This document shows positions 13,819 through 27,636 of a stretch of 64,000 nucleotides of DNA, piece by piece (within the stretch, counting starts at the first letter, position 1; each line of letters begins with the position of its first letter). Position numbers and translations under genes: made by a program. The stretch covers positions 640,001 to 704,000 of the forward strand of contig CP068257.2 in assembly GCA_009914755.4 (NCBI GenBank), given 5' to 3'. The notes under the pieces were generated by a model. The model made no database searches, was not told the DNA's origin, and was given only the letters and a program-made list of their open reading frames with translations. Source of the stretch: the human T2T-CHM13v2.0 reference genome, Homo sapiens.

Positions 13819-15792
13819 TGACATATCTCTGCACTAATCATCCAAGTGATGTAACCCTTGTCTAGGATCTGCCTAAATTAACTTTGTGACATAACCCTGT
13901 ACTGATCATCCAGGTGATGGGGCTTTTGTCTAGGCTCTCCCTAAGGGGGCATTGTGACATATTTCTGCATTGATCACCCAGGTGGCGAACTCTTCTCTTG
14001 GATCTGCCTATGGGGGCATTGTGACAAATCTCTGCACTGATCACCCAGGTGATGTAACTGTTGTGTAACCTCTGCCTACAGGGGAATTGTGAGAGATCTC
14101 GCCACTGATCACCCAAGTGATGTAACCATTGTCTAGGGTTTGCGTACAGGGTGCTTTGTGACATACCTTTGCACTGATCATCCAGGTGATGTAACACATC
14201 TAAGTTCGGCCTAAAGGAGCTTTGTGACATATCTCTGCACTGATCACATAGGTGATGGAACAGTTTTATAAGCACTGCCTACAGGGAATTTTGACAAATC
14301 TCTGCACTGATCACCTAGGTCATGTAACGCTTGTCTACCCTCTGTCCAACGGGGCATTGTGAAATATCTCTGCACTGATCACCCAGGTCATTCAACTCTT
14401 GACTAGGATCTGCATACAGAGGTTATTGTGAAATATCTCTGCACTGATAAACTAGGTGGTGTAATCCTTATCGAAGCTCTGCCTACAGGGGCGTCTTCAC
14501 ATATCCCTGAAGTGATGACAACGGTGATGTAACCGTTGCCTAGGCTTTGCCTACAGGGGACATAGGACATATATCTGCACTGATCACCCAGGTGATGCAA
14601 CTCTAGCCTAAGCTTTGCCTACAGGGGACATTCTGACATATCGATTCAAGGATCACCCATGTGATGCAACTCTTGCCTAGGCTTTCCCTACAGGGGACAT
14701 TGTGACATATCTCTGCACTGATCTCCCAGGTGCTGTAACATTAGTCTGGACTCTGGCTACACGGCATTGTGACAAATCACTGCACTGATCAACCAGGTGA
14801 TATAACTCTTGTCTAGGCCCTGCCTACATGGGGCTTGTGACATATCTCTGCACTGATCACCCTGGTGATATAACTCTTCTCTAGGATCTGCCTACAGGGT
14901 GCTTTGCGACATATCCCTGCAATGATCACCCAGGTGATCTAACTCTTGTTTAAGCTCTGCATAAAGGGGCATTGTGACAGACCTCTGCACTGATCACTCA
15001 GGTGATGTAACTATTGTCTAGGCTCGGCTTAAAGGGGCCTTGTTACATACCTCTGCACTGATCACCCAGGTGATGTAACTCTTGTCTAGACTCTGCTTTC
15101 ACGGCATATTTTGACATATCTATGCGTTGATCACCTTAGTGATGTAACACTTGTGTAGGCTCGGCCTACAGGGGAATATTGACATATCTCTGCACTGTTA
15201 ACCGAGGTGATTTAACTCTTGTCTAGGCTGTGCCCACAGGGGCATTGAGACATGTCTCTGCACTGATCCCGAGGTGATCCAACTGTTGCCTGGTCTCTGC
15301 CTACTGGGGACATTGTGACATATCTCTGCACTGATCTCCCAGGTGCTGTAACTTTAGTCTAGGCTCTGGCTACACGGCATTGTGACATATCACTGCACTG
15401 ATCACCCAGGTGATATAAATCTTGTCTAGGCTCTACCTACAATGGCCTTGTGACATATCTCTGCACTGATCACCCAGGTGATATAACTCTTCTCTAGGAT
15501 CTGACCACAGGGTGCATTGTGGCATTTCCCTGCAATGATCACCCAGGTGATATACCACTTGCCAAGGCTCTGCCTACAGGGGCATTGCAATGTATCTCTG
15601 CACTGATCACCTCGGTCTTGTGACTCTTTTCCAGGATCTGCCCACAGGGTGCCTTGTGACGTATCCCAGCAAGGATTACCCAGGTGATGTACCTCTCATC
15701 AAGGCTCTGCCTACAGGCACATTGCGATGTATCTCTGCACTGATCACCTAGGTCATGTAACTTTTGTCTAGGCTCTGCCTACGATGGCATTG
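13819..15792. repeat. HOR copy 8: canonical, 1974 bp.
   Basis: Anchor spacing is 1974. It shares gtgacaaatcactgcactgatcaacc with copies 2 and 5. Confidence 0.9.
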
Positions 15793-17766
15793 TGACATAT
15801 CTCTGCACTAATCATCCAAGTGATGTAACCCTTGTCTAGGATCTGCCTAAATTAACTTTGTGACATAACCCTGTACTGATCATCCAGGTGATGGGGCTTT
15901 TGTCTAGGCTCTCCCTAAGGGGGCATTGTGACATATTTCTGCATTGATCACCCAGGTGGCGAACTCTTCTCTTGGATCTGTCTATGGGGGCATTGTGACA
16001 AATCTCTGCACTGATCACCCAGGTGATGTAACTGTTGTGTAAACTCTGCCTACAGGGGAATTGTGAGAGATCTCGCCACTGATCACCCAAGTGATGTAAC
16101 CATTTTCTAGGGTTTGCGTACAGGGTGCTTTGTGACATACCTTTGCACTGATCACCCAGGTGATGTAACACATCTAAGTTCGGCCTAAAGGAGCTTTGTG
16201 ACATAAATCTGCACTGATCACTTAGGTGATGGAACACTTTTATAAGCACTGCCTACAGGGAATTTTGACAAATCTCTGCACTGATCACCTAGTTGATGTA
16301 ACGCTTGTCTACCCTCTGTCCAACGGGGCATTGTGAAATATCTCTGCACTGATCACCCAGGTGATTCAACTCTTGACTAGGATCTGCCTACAGAGGTTAT
16401 TGTGAAATATCTCTGCACTGATAAACTAGGTGGTGTAATCCTTATCGAAGCTCTGCCTACAGGGGCGTTTTCACATATCCCTGAAGTGATGACAAAGGTG
16501 ATGTAACCCTTGCCTAGGCTTTGCCTACAGGGGACATAGGACATATATCTGCACTGATCACCCAGGTGATGCAACTGTAGCCTAGGCTTTGCCTACAGGT
16601 TACATTGTGACATATCGCTTCAATGACAACCCATGTGATGCAACTCTTGCCTAGGCTTTGCCTACAGGGGACATTGTGACATATCTCTGCACTGATCTCC
16701 CAGGGGCTGTAACATTAATCTAGACTCTGGCTACACGGCATTGTGACATATCACTGCACAGATCAACCAGCTGATATAACTCTTGTCTAGGCCCTGCCTA
16801 CCGGGGGCTTGTGACATATCTCTGCACTGATCACCCAGGTGATATAACTCTACTCTAGGATCTGCCTACAGGGTGCTTTGTGACATATCCCTGCAATGAT
16901 CACCCAGGTGATCTAACTCTTGTTTAAGCTCTGCCTAAAAGGGCATTGTGACAGACCTCTGCACTGATCACTCAGGTGATGTAACTATTGTCTAGGCTCT
17001 GCTTAAAGGGGCCTTGTCACATACCTCTGCACTGGTCACCCAGGTGATGTAACTCTTGTCTAGCCTCTGCTTTCACGGCATATTGTGACATATCCATGCG
17101 CTGATCACCTTAGTGATGTAACACTTGTGTAGGCTCGGCCTACAGGGGAATATTGACATATCTCTGCACTGTTAACCGAGGTGATTTAACTCTTGTCTAT
17201 GCTGTGCCCACAGGGGGATTGAGATATGTCTCTGCACTGATCCCGAGGTGATCCAACTGTTGCCTGGTCTCTGCCTACTGGGGACATTGTGACATATCTC
17301 TGCACTGATCTCCCAGGTGCTGTAACTTTAGTCTAGGCTCTGGCTACACGGCATTGTGACATATCACTGCACTGATCACCCAGGTGATATAAATCTTGTC
17401 TAGGCTCTGCCTACAATGGCCTTGTGACATATCTCTGCACTGATCACCCAGGTGATATAACTCTTCTCTAGGATCTGACCACAGGGTGCTTTGTGGCATT
17501 TCCCTGCAATGATCACCCAGGTGATATACCACTTGCCAAGGCTCTGCCTACAGGGGCATTGCAATGTATCTCTGCACTGATCACCTCGGTCTTGTGACTC
17601 TTTTCTAGGATCTGCCCACAGGGTGCCTTGTGACGTATCCCAGCAAGGATTACCCAGGTGATGTACCTCTCATCAAGGCTCTGCCTACAGGCACATTGCG
17701 ATGTATCTCTGCACTGATCACCTAGGTCATGTAAATTTTGTCTAGGCTCTGCCTACGATGGCATTG
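15793..17766. repeat. HOR copy 9: canonical, 1974 bp.
   Basis: Anchor spacing is 1974. It resembles copy 6 (cacagatcaaccagctgat, gacataaatctgcactg). Confidence 0.9.
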
Positions 17767-19740
17767 TGACATATCTCTGCACTAATCATCCAAGTGATGT
17801 AACCCTTGTCTAGGATCTGCCTAAATTAACTTTGTGACATAACCCTGTACTGATCATCCAGGTGATGGGGCTTTTGTCTAGGCTCTCCCTAAGGGGGCAT
17901 TGTGACATATTTCTGCATTGATCACACAGGTGGCGAACTCTTCTCTTGGATCTGCCTATGGGGGCATTGTGACAAATCTCTGCACTGATCACCCAGGTGA
18001 TGTAACTGTTGTGTAACCTCTGCCTACAGGGGAATTGTGAGAGATCTCGCCACTGATCACCCAAGTGATGTAACCATTGTCTAGGGTTTGCGTACAGGGT
18101 GCTTTGTGACATACCTTTGCACTGATCACCCAGGTGATGTAACACATCTAAGTTCGGCCTAAAGGAGCTTTGTGACATATCTCTGCACTGATCACTTAGG
18201 TGATGGAACACTTTTATAAGCACTGCCTACAGGGAATTTTGACAAATCTCTGCACTGATCACCTAGGTGATGTAACGCTTGTCTACCCTCTGTCCAACGG
18301 GGTATTGTGAAATATCTCTGCACTGATCACCCAGGTGATTCAACTCTTGACTAGGATCTGCCTACAGAGGTTATTGTGAAATATCTCTGCACTGATAAAC
18401 TAGGTGGTGTAATCCTTATCGAAGCTCTGCCTACAGGGGCGTTTTCACATATCCCTGAAGTGATGACAAAGGTGATGTAACACTTGCCTAGGCTTTGCCT
18501 ACAGGTGACATAGGACATATATCTGCACTGATCACCCAGGTGATGCAACTCTAGCCTAGGCTTTGCCTACAGGGGAGATTGTGACATATCGCTTCAATGA
18601 TCACCCATGTGATGCAACTCTTGCCTTGGCTTTGCCTACAGGGCACATTGTGACATATCTCTGCACTGATCTCCCAGGTGCTGTAACATTAGTCTAGACT
18701 CTGGCTACACGGCATTGTGACATATCACTGCACTGATCAACCAGGTGATATAACTCTTGTCTAGGCCCTGCCTACAGGGGGCTTGTGACATATCTCTGCA
18801 CTGATCACCCAGGTGATATAACTCTTCTCTAGGATCTGCCTACAGGGTGCTTTGTGACATATCCCTGCAATGATCACCCAGGTGATCTAACTCTGGTTTA
18901 AGCTTTGCCTAAAGGGTCATTGTGACAGATCTCTGCACTGATCACTCAGATGATGTAACTATTGTCTAGGCTCTGCTTAAAGGGGCCTTGTCACATACCT
19001 CTGCACTGATCACCCAGGTGATGTAACTCTTGTCTAGCCTCTGCTTTCACGGCATATTGTGACATATCCATGCGCTGATCACCTTAGTGATGTAACACTT
19101 GTGTAGGCTCGGCCTATAGGGGAATATTGACATATCTCTGCACTGTTAACCGAGGTGATTTAACTCTTGTCTAGGCTGTGCCCACAGGGGGATTGAGACA
19201 TATCTCTGCACTGATCCCGAGGTGATCCAACTGTTGCCTGGTCTCTACCTACTGGGGACATTGTGACATATCTCTGCACTGATCTCCCAGGTGCTGTAAC
19301 TTTAGTCTAGGCTCTGGCTACACGGCATTGTGACATATCACTGCACTGATCACCCAGGTGATATAAATCTTGTCTAGGCTCTGCCTACAATGGCCTTGTG
19401 ACATATCTCTGCACTGATCACCCAGGTGATATAACTCTTCTCTAGGATCTGACCGCAGGGTGCTTTGTGGCATTTCCCTGCAATGATCACCCAGGTGATA
19501 TACCACTTGCCAAGGCTCTGCCTACAGGGGCATTGCAATGTATCTCTGCACTGATCACCTCGGTCTTGTAACTCTTTTCTAGGATCTGCGCAGAGGGTGC
19601 CTTGTGACGTATCCCAGCAAGGATTACCCAGGTGATGTACCTCTCATCAAGGCTCTGCCTACAGGCACATTGCGATGTATCTCTGCACTGATCACCTAGG
19701 TCATGTAACTTTTGTCTAGGCTCTGCCTACGATGGCATTG
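17767..19740. repeat. HOR copy 10: canonical, 1974 bp.
   Basis: Anchor spacing is 1974. It resembles copy 7 over its first ~500 bp. Confidence 0.9.
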
Positions 19741-21714
19741 TGACATATCTCTGCAGTAATCATCCAAGTGATGTAACACTTGTCTACGATCTGCCTAAAT
19801 TAACTTTGTGACATAACCCTGTACTGATCATCCAGGTGATGGGGCTTTTGTCTAGGCTCTGCCTAAGGGGGCATTGTGACATATTTCTGCATTGATCACC
19901 CAGGTGGCGAACTCTTCTCTTGGATCTGCCTATGGGGGCGTTGTGACAAATCTCTGCACTGATCACCCAGGTGATGTAACAGTTGTGTAACCTCTGCCTA
20001 CAGGGGAATTGTGAGAGATCTCGCCACTGATCACCCAAGTGATGTAACCATTGTCTAGGCTTTGCGTACAAGGGGCTTTGTGACATACATTTGCACTGAT
20101 CACCCAGGTGATGTAACACATCTAAGTTCGGCCTAAAGGAGCTTTGTGACATATCTCTGCACTGATCACTTAGGTTATGGAACACTTTTATAAGCACTGC
20201 CTACAGGGAATTTTGACAAATCTCTGCACTGATCACCTAGGTGATGTAACGCTTGTCTACCCTCTGTCCAACGGGGCATTGTGAAATATCTCTGCACTGA
20301 TCACCCAGGTGATTCAACTCTTGACTAGGATCTGCCTACAGAGGTTATTGTGAAATATCTCTGCACTGATAAACTAGGTGGTGTAATCCTTATCGAAGCT
20401 CTGCCTACAGGGGCGTTTTCACATATCCCTGAAGTGATGACAAAGGTGATGTAACTCTTGCCTAGGCTTTGCCTACAGGGGACATAGGACATATATCTGC
20501 ACTGATCACCCAGGTGATGCAACTCTAGCCTAGGCTTTGCCTACAGGGGAGATTGTGACATATCGCTTCAGTGATCACCTATGTGATGCAACTCTTGCCT
20601 TGGCTTTGCCTACAGGGCACATTGTGACATATCTCTGCACTGATCTCCCAGGTGCTGTAACATTAGTCTAGACTCTGGCTACACGGCATTGTGACATATC
20701 ACTGCACTGATCAACCAGGTGATATAACTCTTGTCTAGGCCCTGCCTACAGGGGGCTTGTGACATATCTCTGCACTGATCACGAAGGTGATATAACTCTT
20801 CTCTAGGATCTGCCTACAGGGTGCTTTGTGACATATCCCTGCAATGATCACCCAGGTGATCTAACTCTGGTTTAAGCTTTGCCTAAAGGGTCATTGTGAC
20901 AGATCTCTGCACTGATCACTCAGATGATGTAACTATTGTCTAGGCTCTGCTTAAAGGGGCCTTGTCACATACCTCTGCACTGATCACCCAGGTGATGTAA
21001 CTCTTGTCTAGCCTCTGCTTTCACGGCATATTGTGACATATCCATGCGCTGATCACCTTAGTGATGTAACACTTGTGTAGGCTCGGCCTATAGGGGAATA
21101 TTGACATATCTCTGCACTGTTAACCGAGGTGATTTAACTCTTGTCTAGGCTGTGCCCACAGGGGGATTGAGACATATCTCTGCACTGATCCCGAGGTGAT
21201 CCAACTGTTGCCTGGTCTCTGCCTACTGGGGACATTGTGACATATCTCTGCACTGATCTCCCAGGTGCTGTAACTTTAGTCTAGGCTCTGGCTACACGGC
21301 ATTGTGACATATCACTGCACTGATCACCCAGGTGATATAAGTCTTGTCTATGCTCTGCCTACAATGGCCTTGTGACATATCTCTGCACTGATCACCCAGG
21401 TGATATAACTCTTCTCTAGGATCTGACCACAGGGTGCTTTGTGGCATTTCCCTGCAATGATCACCCAGGTGATATACCACTTGCCAAGGCTCTGCCTACA
21501 GGGGCATTGCAATGTATCTCTGCACTGATCACCTCGGTCTTGTAACTCTTTTCTAGGATCTGCGCAGAGGGTGCCTTGTGACGTATCCCAGCAAGGATTA
21601 CCCAGGTGATGTACCTCTCATCAAGGCTCTGCCTACAGGCACATTGCGATGTATCTCTGCACTGATCACCTAGGTCATGTAACTTTTGTCTAGGCTCTGC
21701 CTACGATGGCATTG
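19741..21714. repeat. HOR copy 11: canonical, 1974 bp.
   Basis: Anchor spacing is 1974. The variants gtctacgatctgcc and ctgcagtaatcatcc are shared with copy 12. Confidence 0.9.
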
Positions 21715-23688
21715 TGACATATCTCTGCAGTAATCATCCAAGTGATGTAACCCTTGTCTACGATCTGCCTAAATTAACTTTGTGACATAACCCTGTACTG
21801 ATCATCCAGGTGATGGGGCTTTTGTCTAGGCTCTGCCTAAGGGGGCATTGTGACATATTTCTGCATTGATCACCCAGGTGGCGAACTCTTCTCTTGGATC
21901 TGCCTATGGGGGCGTTGTGACAAATCTCTGCACTGATCACCCAGGTGATGTAACTGTTGTGTAACCTCTGCCTACAGCGGAGTTGTGAGAGATCTCGCCA
22001 CTGATCAACCAAGTGATGTAACCATTGTCTAGGCTTTGCGTACAGGGGGCTTTGTGACATACATTTGCACTGATCACCCAGGTGATGTAACACATCTAAG
22101 TTCGGCCTAAAGGAGCTTTGTGACATATCTCTGCACTGATCACTTAGGTTATGGAACACTTTTATAAGCACTGCCTACAGGGAATTTTGACAAATCTCTG
22201 CACTGATCACCTAGGTGATGTAACGCTTGTCTACCCTCTGTCCAACGGGGCATTGTGAAATATCTCTGCACTGATCACCCAGGTGATTCAACTCTTGACT
22301 AGGATCTGCCTACAGAGGTTATTGTGAAATATCTCTGCACTGATAAACTAGGTGGTGTAATCCTTATCGAAGCTCTGCCTACAGGGGCGTTTTCACATAT
22401 CCCTGAAGTGATGACAAAGGTGATGTAACTCTTGCCTAGGCTTTGCCTACAGGGGACATAGGACATATATCTGCACTGATCACCCAGGTGATGCAACTCT
22501 AGCCTAGGCTTTGCCTACAGGGGACATTGTGACATATCGCTTCAGTGATCACCCATGTGATGCAACTCTTGCCTTGGCTTTGCCTACAGGGGACATTGTG
22601 ACATATCTCTGCACTGATCTCCCAGGTGCTGTAACATTAGTCTATACTCTGGCTACACGGCATTGTGACATATCACTGCACTGATCAACCAGGTGATATA
22701 ACTCTTGTCTAGGCCCTGCCTACAGGGGGCTTGTGACATATCTCTGCACTGATCACCCAGGTGACATAACTCTTCTCCAGGATCGGCCTACAGGGTGCTT
22801 TGTGACATATCCCTGCAATGATCACCCAGGTGATCTAACTCTTGTTTAAGCTCTGCCTAAAGGGGCATTGTGACAGATCTCTGCACTGATCACTCAGGTG
22901 ATGTAACTATTGTCTAGGCTCTGCTTAAAGGGGCCTTGTCACATACCTCTGCACTGATCACCCAGGTGATGTAACTCTTGTCTAGCCTCTGCTTTCACGG
23001 CATATTGTGACATATCCATGCGCTGATCACCTTAGTGATGTAACACTTGTGTAGGCTCGGCCTATAGGGGAATATTGACATATCTCTGCACTGTTAACCG
23101 AGGTGATTTAACTCTTGTCTAGGCTGTGCCCACAGGGGGATTGAGACATATCTCTGCACTGATCCCGAGGTGATCCAACTGTTGCCTGGTCTCTGCCTAC
23201 TGGGGACATTGTGACATATCTCTGCACTGATCTCCCAGGTGCTGTAACTTTAGTCTAGGCTCTGGCTACACGGCATTGTGACATATCACTGCACTGATCA
23301 CCCAGGTGATATAAATCTTGTCTAGGCTCTGCCTACAATGGCCTTGTGACATATCTCTGCACTGATCACCCAGGTGATATAACTCTTCTCTAGGATCTGA
23401 CCACAGGGTGCTTTGTGGCATTTCCCTGCAATGATCACCCAGGTGATATACCACTTGCCAAGGCTCTGCCTACAGGGGCATTGCAATGTATCTCTGCACT
23501 GATCACCTCGGTCTTGTAACTCTTTTCTAGGATCTGCCCACAGGGTGCCTTGTGACGTATCCCAGCAAGGATTACCCAGGTGATGTACCTCTCATCAAGG
23601 CTCTGCCTACAGGCACATTGCGATGTATCTCTGCACTGATCACCTAGGTCATGTAACTTTTGTCTAGGCTCTGCCTACGATGGCATTG
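21715..23688. repeat. HOR copy 12: canonical, 1974 bp.
   Basis: Anchor spacing is 1974. It resembles copy 11. Confidence 0.9.
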
Positions 23689-25662
23689 TGACATGTCTCT
23701 GCAGTAATCATACAAGTGATGTAACACGTGTCTAGGATCTGCCTTAATTAACTTTGTGACATAACCCTGTACTGATCATCCAGGTGATGGGGCTTTTGTC
23801 TAGGCTCTGCCTAAGGGGGCATTGTGACATATTTCTGCATTGATCACCCAGGTGGCGAACTCTTCTCTTGGATCTGCCTATGGGGGCATTGTGACAAATC
23901 TCTGCTCTGATCACCCAGGGGATGTAACTGTTGTGTAACCTCTGCCTACAGGGGAATTGTGAGAGAACTCGCCACTGATCACCCAAGTGATGTAACCATT
24001 GTCTAGGCTTTGCGTACAGGGGGCTTTGTGACATACCTTTGCACTGATCACCCAGGTGATGTAACACATCTAAGTTCGGCCTAAAGGAGCTTTGTGACAT
24101 ATCTCTGCACTGATCACTTAGGTTATGGAACACTTTTATAAGCACTGCCTACAGGGAATTTTGACAAATCTCTGCACTGATCACCTAGGTGATGTAACGC
24201 TTGTCTACCCTCTGTCCAACGGGGCATTGTGAAATATCTCTGCACTGATCACCCAGGTGATTCAACTCTTGACTAGGATCTGCCTACAGAGGTTATTGTG
24301 AAATATCTCTGCACTGATAAACTAGGTGGTGTAATCCTTATCGAAGCTCTGCCTACAGGGGCGTTTTCACATATCCCTGAAGTGATGACAAAGGTGATGT
24401 AACTCTTGCCTAGGCTTTGCCTACAGGGGACATAGGACATATATCTGCACTGATCACCCAGGTGATGCAACTCTAGCCTAGGCTTTGCCTACAGGGGACA
24501 TTGTGACATATCGCTTCAGTGATCACCCATGTGATGCAACTCTTGCCTTGGCTTTGCCTACAGGGCACATTGTGACATATCTCTGCACTGATCTCCCAGG
24601 TGCTATAACATTAGTCTAGACTCTGGCTACACGGCATTGTGACATATCACTGCACTGATCAACCAGGTGATATAACACTTGTCTAGGCCCTGCCTACAGG
24701 GGGCTTGTGACATATCTCTGCACTGATCACCCACGTGATATAACTCTTCTCTAGCATCTGCCTACAGGGTGCTTTGTGACATATCCCTGCAATGATCACC
24801 CAGGTGATCTAACTCTGGTTTAAGCTCTGCCTAAAGTGTCATTGTGACAGATCTCTGCACTGATCACTCAGGTGATGTAACTATTGTCTAGGCTCTGCTT
24901 AAAGGGGCCTTGTCACATACCTTTGCACTGATCACCCAGGTGATGTAACTCTTGTCTAGCCTCTGCTTTCACGGCATATTGTGACATAACCATGCGCTGA
25001 TCACCTTAGTGATGTAACACTTGTGTAGGCTCGGCCTATAGGGGAATATTGACATATCTCTGCACTGTTAACTGAGGTGATTTAACTCTTGTCTAGGCTG
25101 TGCCCACAGGGGGATTGAGACATATCTCTGCACTGATCCCGAGGTGATCCAACTGTTGCCTGTTCTCTGCCTACTGGGGACATTGTGACATATCTCTGCA
25201 CTGATCTCCCAGGTGCTGTAACTTTAGTCTAGGCTCTGGCTACACGGCATTGTGACATATCACTGCACTGATCACCCAGGTGATATAAATCTTGTCTAGG
25301 CTCTGCCTACACTGGCCTTGTGACATATCTCTGCACTGATCACCCAGGTGATATAACTCTTCTCTAGGATCTGACCACAGGGTGCTTTGTGGCATTTCCC
25401 TGCAATGATCACCCAGGTGATATACCACTTGCCAAGGCTCTGCCTACAGGGGCATTGCAATGTATCTCTGCACTGATCACCTCGGTCTTGTAACTCTTTT
25501 CTAGGATCTGCGCACAGGGTGCCTTGTGACGTATCCCAGCAAGGATTACCCAGGTGATGTACCTCTCATCAAGGCTCTGCCTACAGGCACATTGCGATGT
25601 ATCTCTGCACTGATAACCTAGGTCATGTAACTTTTGTCTAGGCTCTGCCTACGATGGCATTG
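23689..25662. repeat. HOR copy 13: canonical length, 1974 bp.
   Basis: Anchor spacing is 1974. The head variants gacatgtctctgcagtaatcatacaagtg and gccttaattaac are shared with copies 18 and 19. Confidence 0.9.
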
Positions 25663-27636
25663 TGACATATCTCTGCAGTAATCATCCAACTGATGTAACC
25701 CTTGTCTAGGATCTGCCTAAATTAACTTTGTGACATAACCCTGTACTGATCATCCAGGTGATGGGGCTTTTGTCTAGGCTCTGCCTAAGGGGGCATTGTG
25801 ACATATTTCTGCATTGATCACCCAGGTGGCGAACTCTTCTCTTGGATCTGCCTATGGGGGCATTGTGACAAATCTCTGCACTGATCACCCAGGTGATGTA
25901 ACTGTTGTGTAACCTCTGCCTACAGGGGAATTGTGAGAGGTCTCTCCACTGATCACCCAAGTGATGTAACCATTGTCTAGGCTTTGCGTACAGGGGGCTT
26001 TGTGACATACCTTTGCACTGATCACCCAGGTGATGTAACACATCTAAGTTCGGCCTAAAGGAGCTTTGTGACATATCTCTGCACTGATCACTTAGGTGAT
26101 GGAACACTTTTATAAGCACTGCCCACAGGGAATTTTGACAAATCTCTGCTCTGATCACCTAGGTGATGTAACGCTTGTCTACCCTCTGTCCAACGGGGCA
26201 TTGTGAAATATCTCTGCACTGATCACCCAGGTGATTCAACTCTTGACTAGGATCTGCCTACAGAGGTTATTGTGAAATATCTCTGCACTGATAAACTAGG
26301 TGGTGTAATCCTTATCGAAGCTCTGCCTACAGGGGCGTTTTCACATATCCCTGAAGTGATGACAAAGGTGATGTAACTCTTGCCTAGGCTTTGCCTACAG
26401 GGGACATAGGACATATAACTGCACTGATCACCCAGGTGATGCAACTCTAGCCTAGGCTTTGCCTACAGGGGACATTGTGACATATCGCTTCAGTGATCAC
26501 CCATGTGATGCAACTCTTGCCTAGGCTTTGCCTACAGGGGACATTGTGACATATCTCTGCACTGATCTCCCATGTGCTGTAACATTAGTCTAGACTCTGG
26601 CTACACGGCATTGTGACATATCACTGCACTGATCAACCAGGTGATATAACTCTTGTCTAGGCCCTGCCTACAGGGGGCTTGTGACATATCTCTGCACTGA
26701 TCACCCAGGTGATATAACTCTTCTCTAGGATCTGCCTACAGGGTGCTTTGCGACATATCCCTGCAATGATCACCCAGGTGATCTAACTCTTTTTTAAGCT
26801 CTGCCTAAAGGGGCATTGTGACAGACCTCTGCACTGATCACTCAGGTGATGTAACTATTGTCTAGGCTCTGCTTAAAGGGGCCTTGTCACATACCTCTGC
26901 ACTGATCACCCAGGTGATGTAACTCTTGTCTAGCCTCTGCTTTCACGGCATATTGTGACATATCCATGCGCTGATCACCTTAGTGATGTAACACATGTGT
27001 AGGCTCGGCCTACAGGAGAATATTGACATATCTCTGCACTGTTTACCGAGGTGATTTAACTCCTGTCTAGGCTGTGCCCACAGGGGGATTGAGACATGTC
27101 TCTGCACTTATCCCGAGGTGATCCAACTGTTGCCTGGTCTCTGCCTACTGGGGACATTGTGACATATCTCTGCACTGATCTCCCAGGTGCTGTAACTTTA
27201 GTCTAGGCTCTGGCTACACGGCATTGTGACATATCACTGCACTGATCACCCAGGTGATATAAATCTTGTCTAGGCTCTGCCTACAATGGCCTTGTGACAT
27301 ATCTCTGCACTGATCACCCAGGTGATATAACTCTTCTCTAGGATCTGACCACAGGGTGCTTTGTGGCATTTCCCTGCAATGATCACCCAGGTGATATACC
27401 ACTTGCCAAGGCTCTGCCTACAGGGGCATTGCAATGTATCTCTGCACTGATCACCTCGGTCTTGTAACTCTTTTCTAGGATCTGCCCACAGGGTGCCTTG
27501 TGACGTATCCCAGCAAGGATTACCCAGGTGATGTACCTCTCATCAAGGCTCTGCCTACAGGCACATGGCGATGTATCTCTGCACTGATCACCTAGGTCAT
27601 GTAACTTTTGTCTAGGCTCTGCCTACGATGGCATTG
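25663..27636. repeat. HOR copy 14: canonical, 1974 bp.
   Basis: Anchor spacing is 1974. The 150-aa artifact ORF 25706..26158 is simply a loss of a stop codon. Confidence 0.9.
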
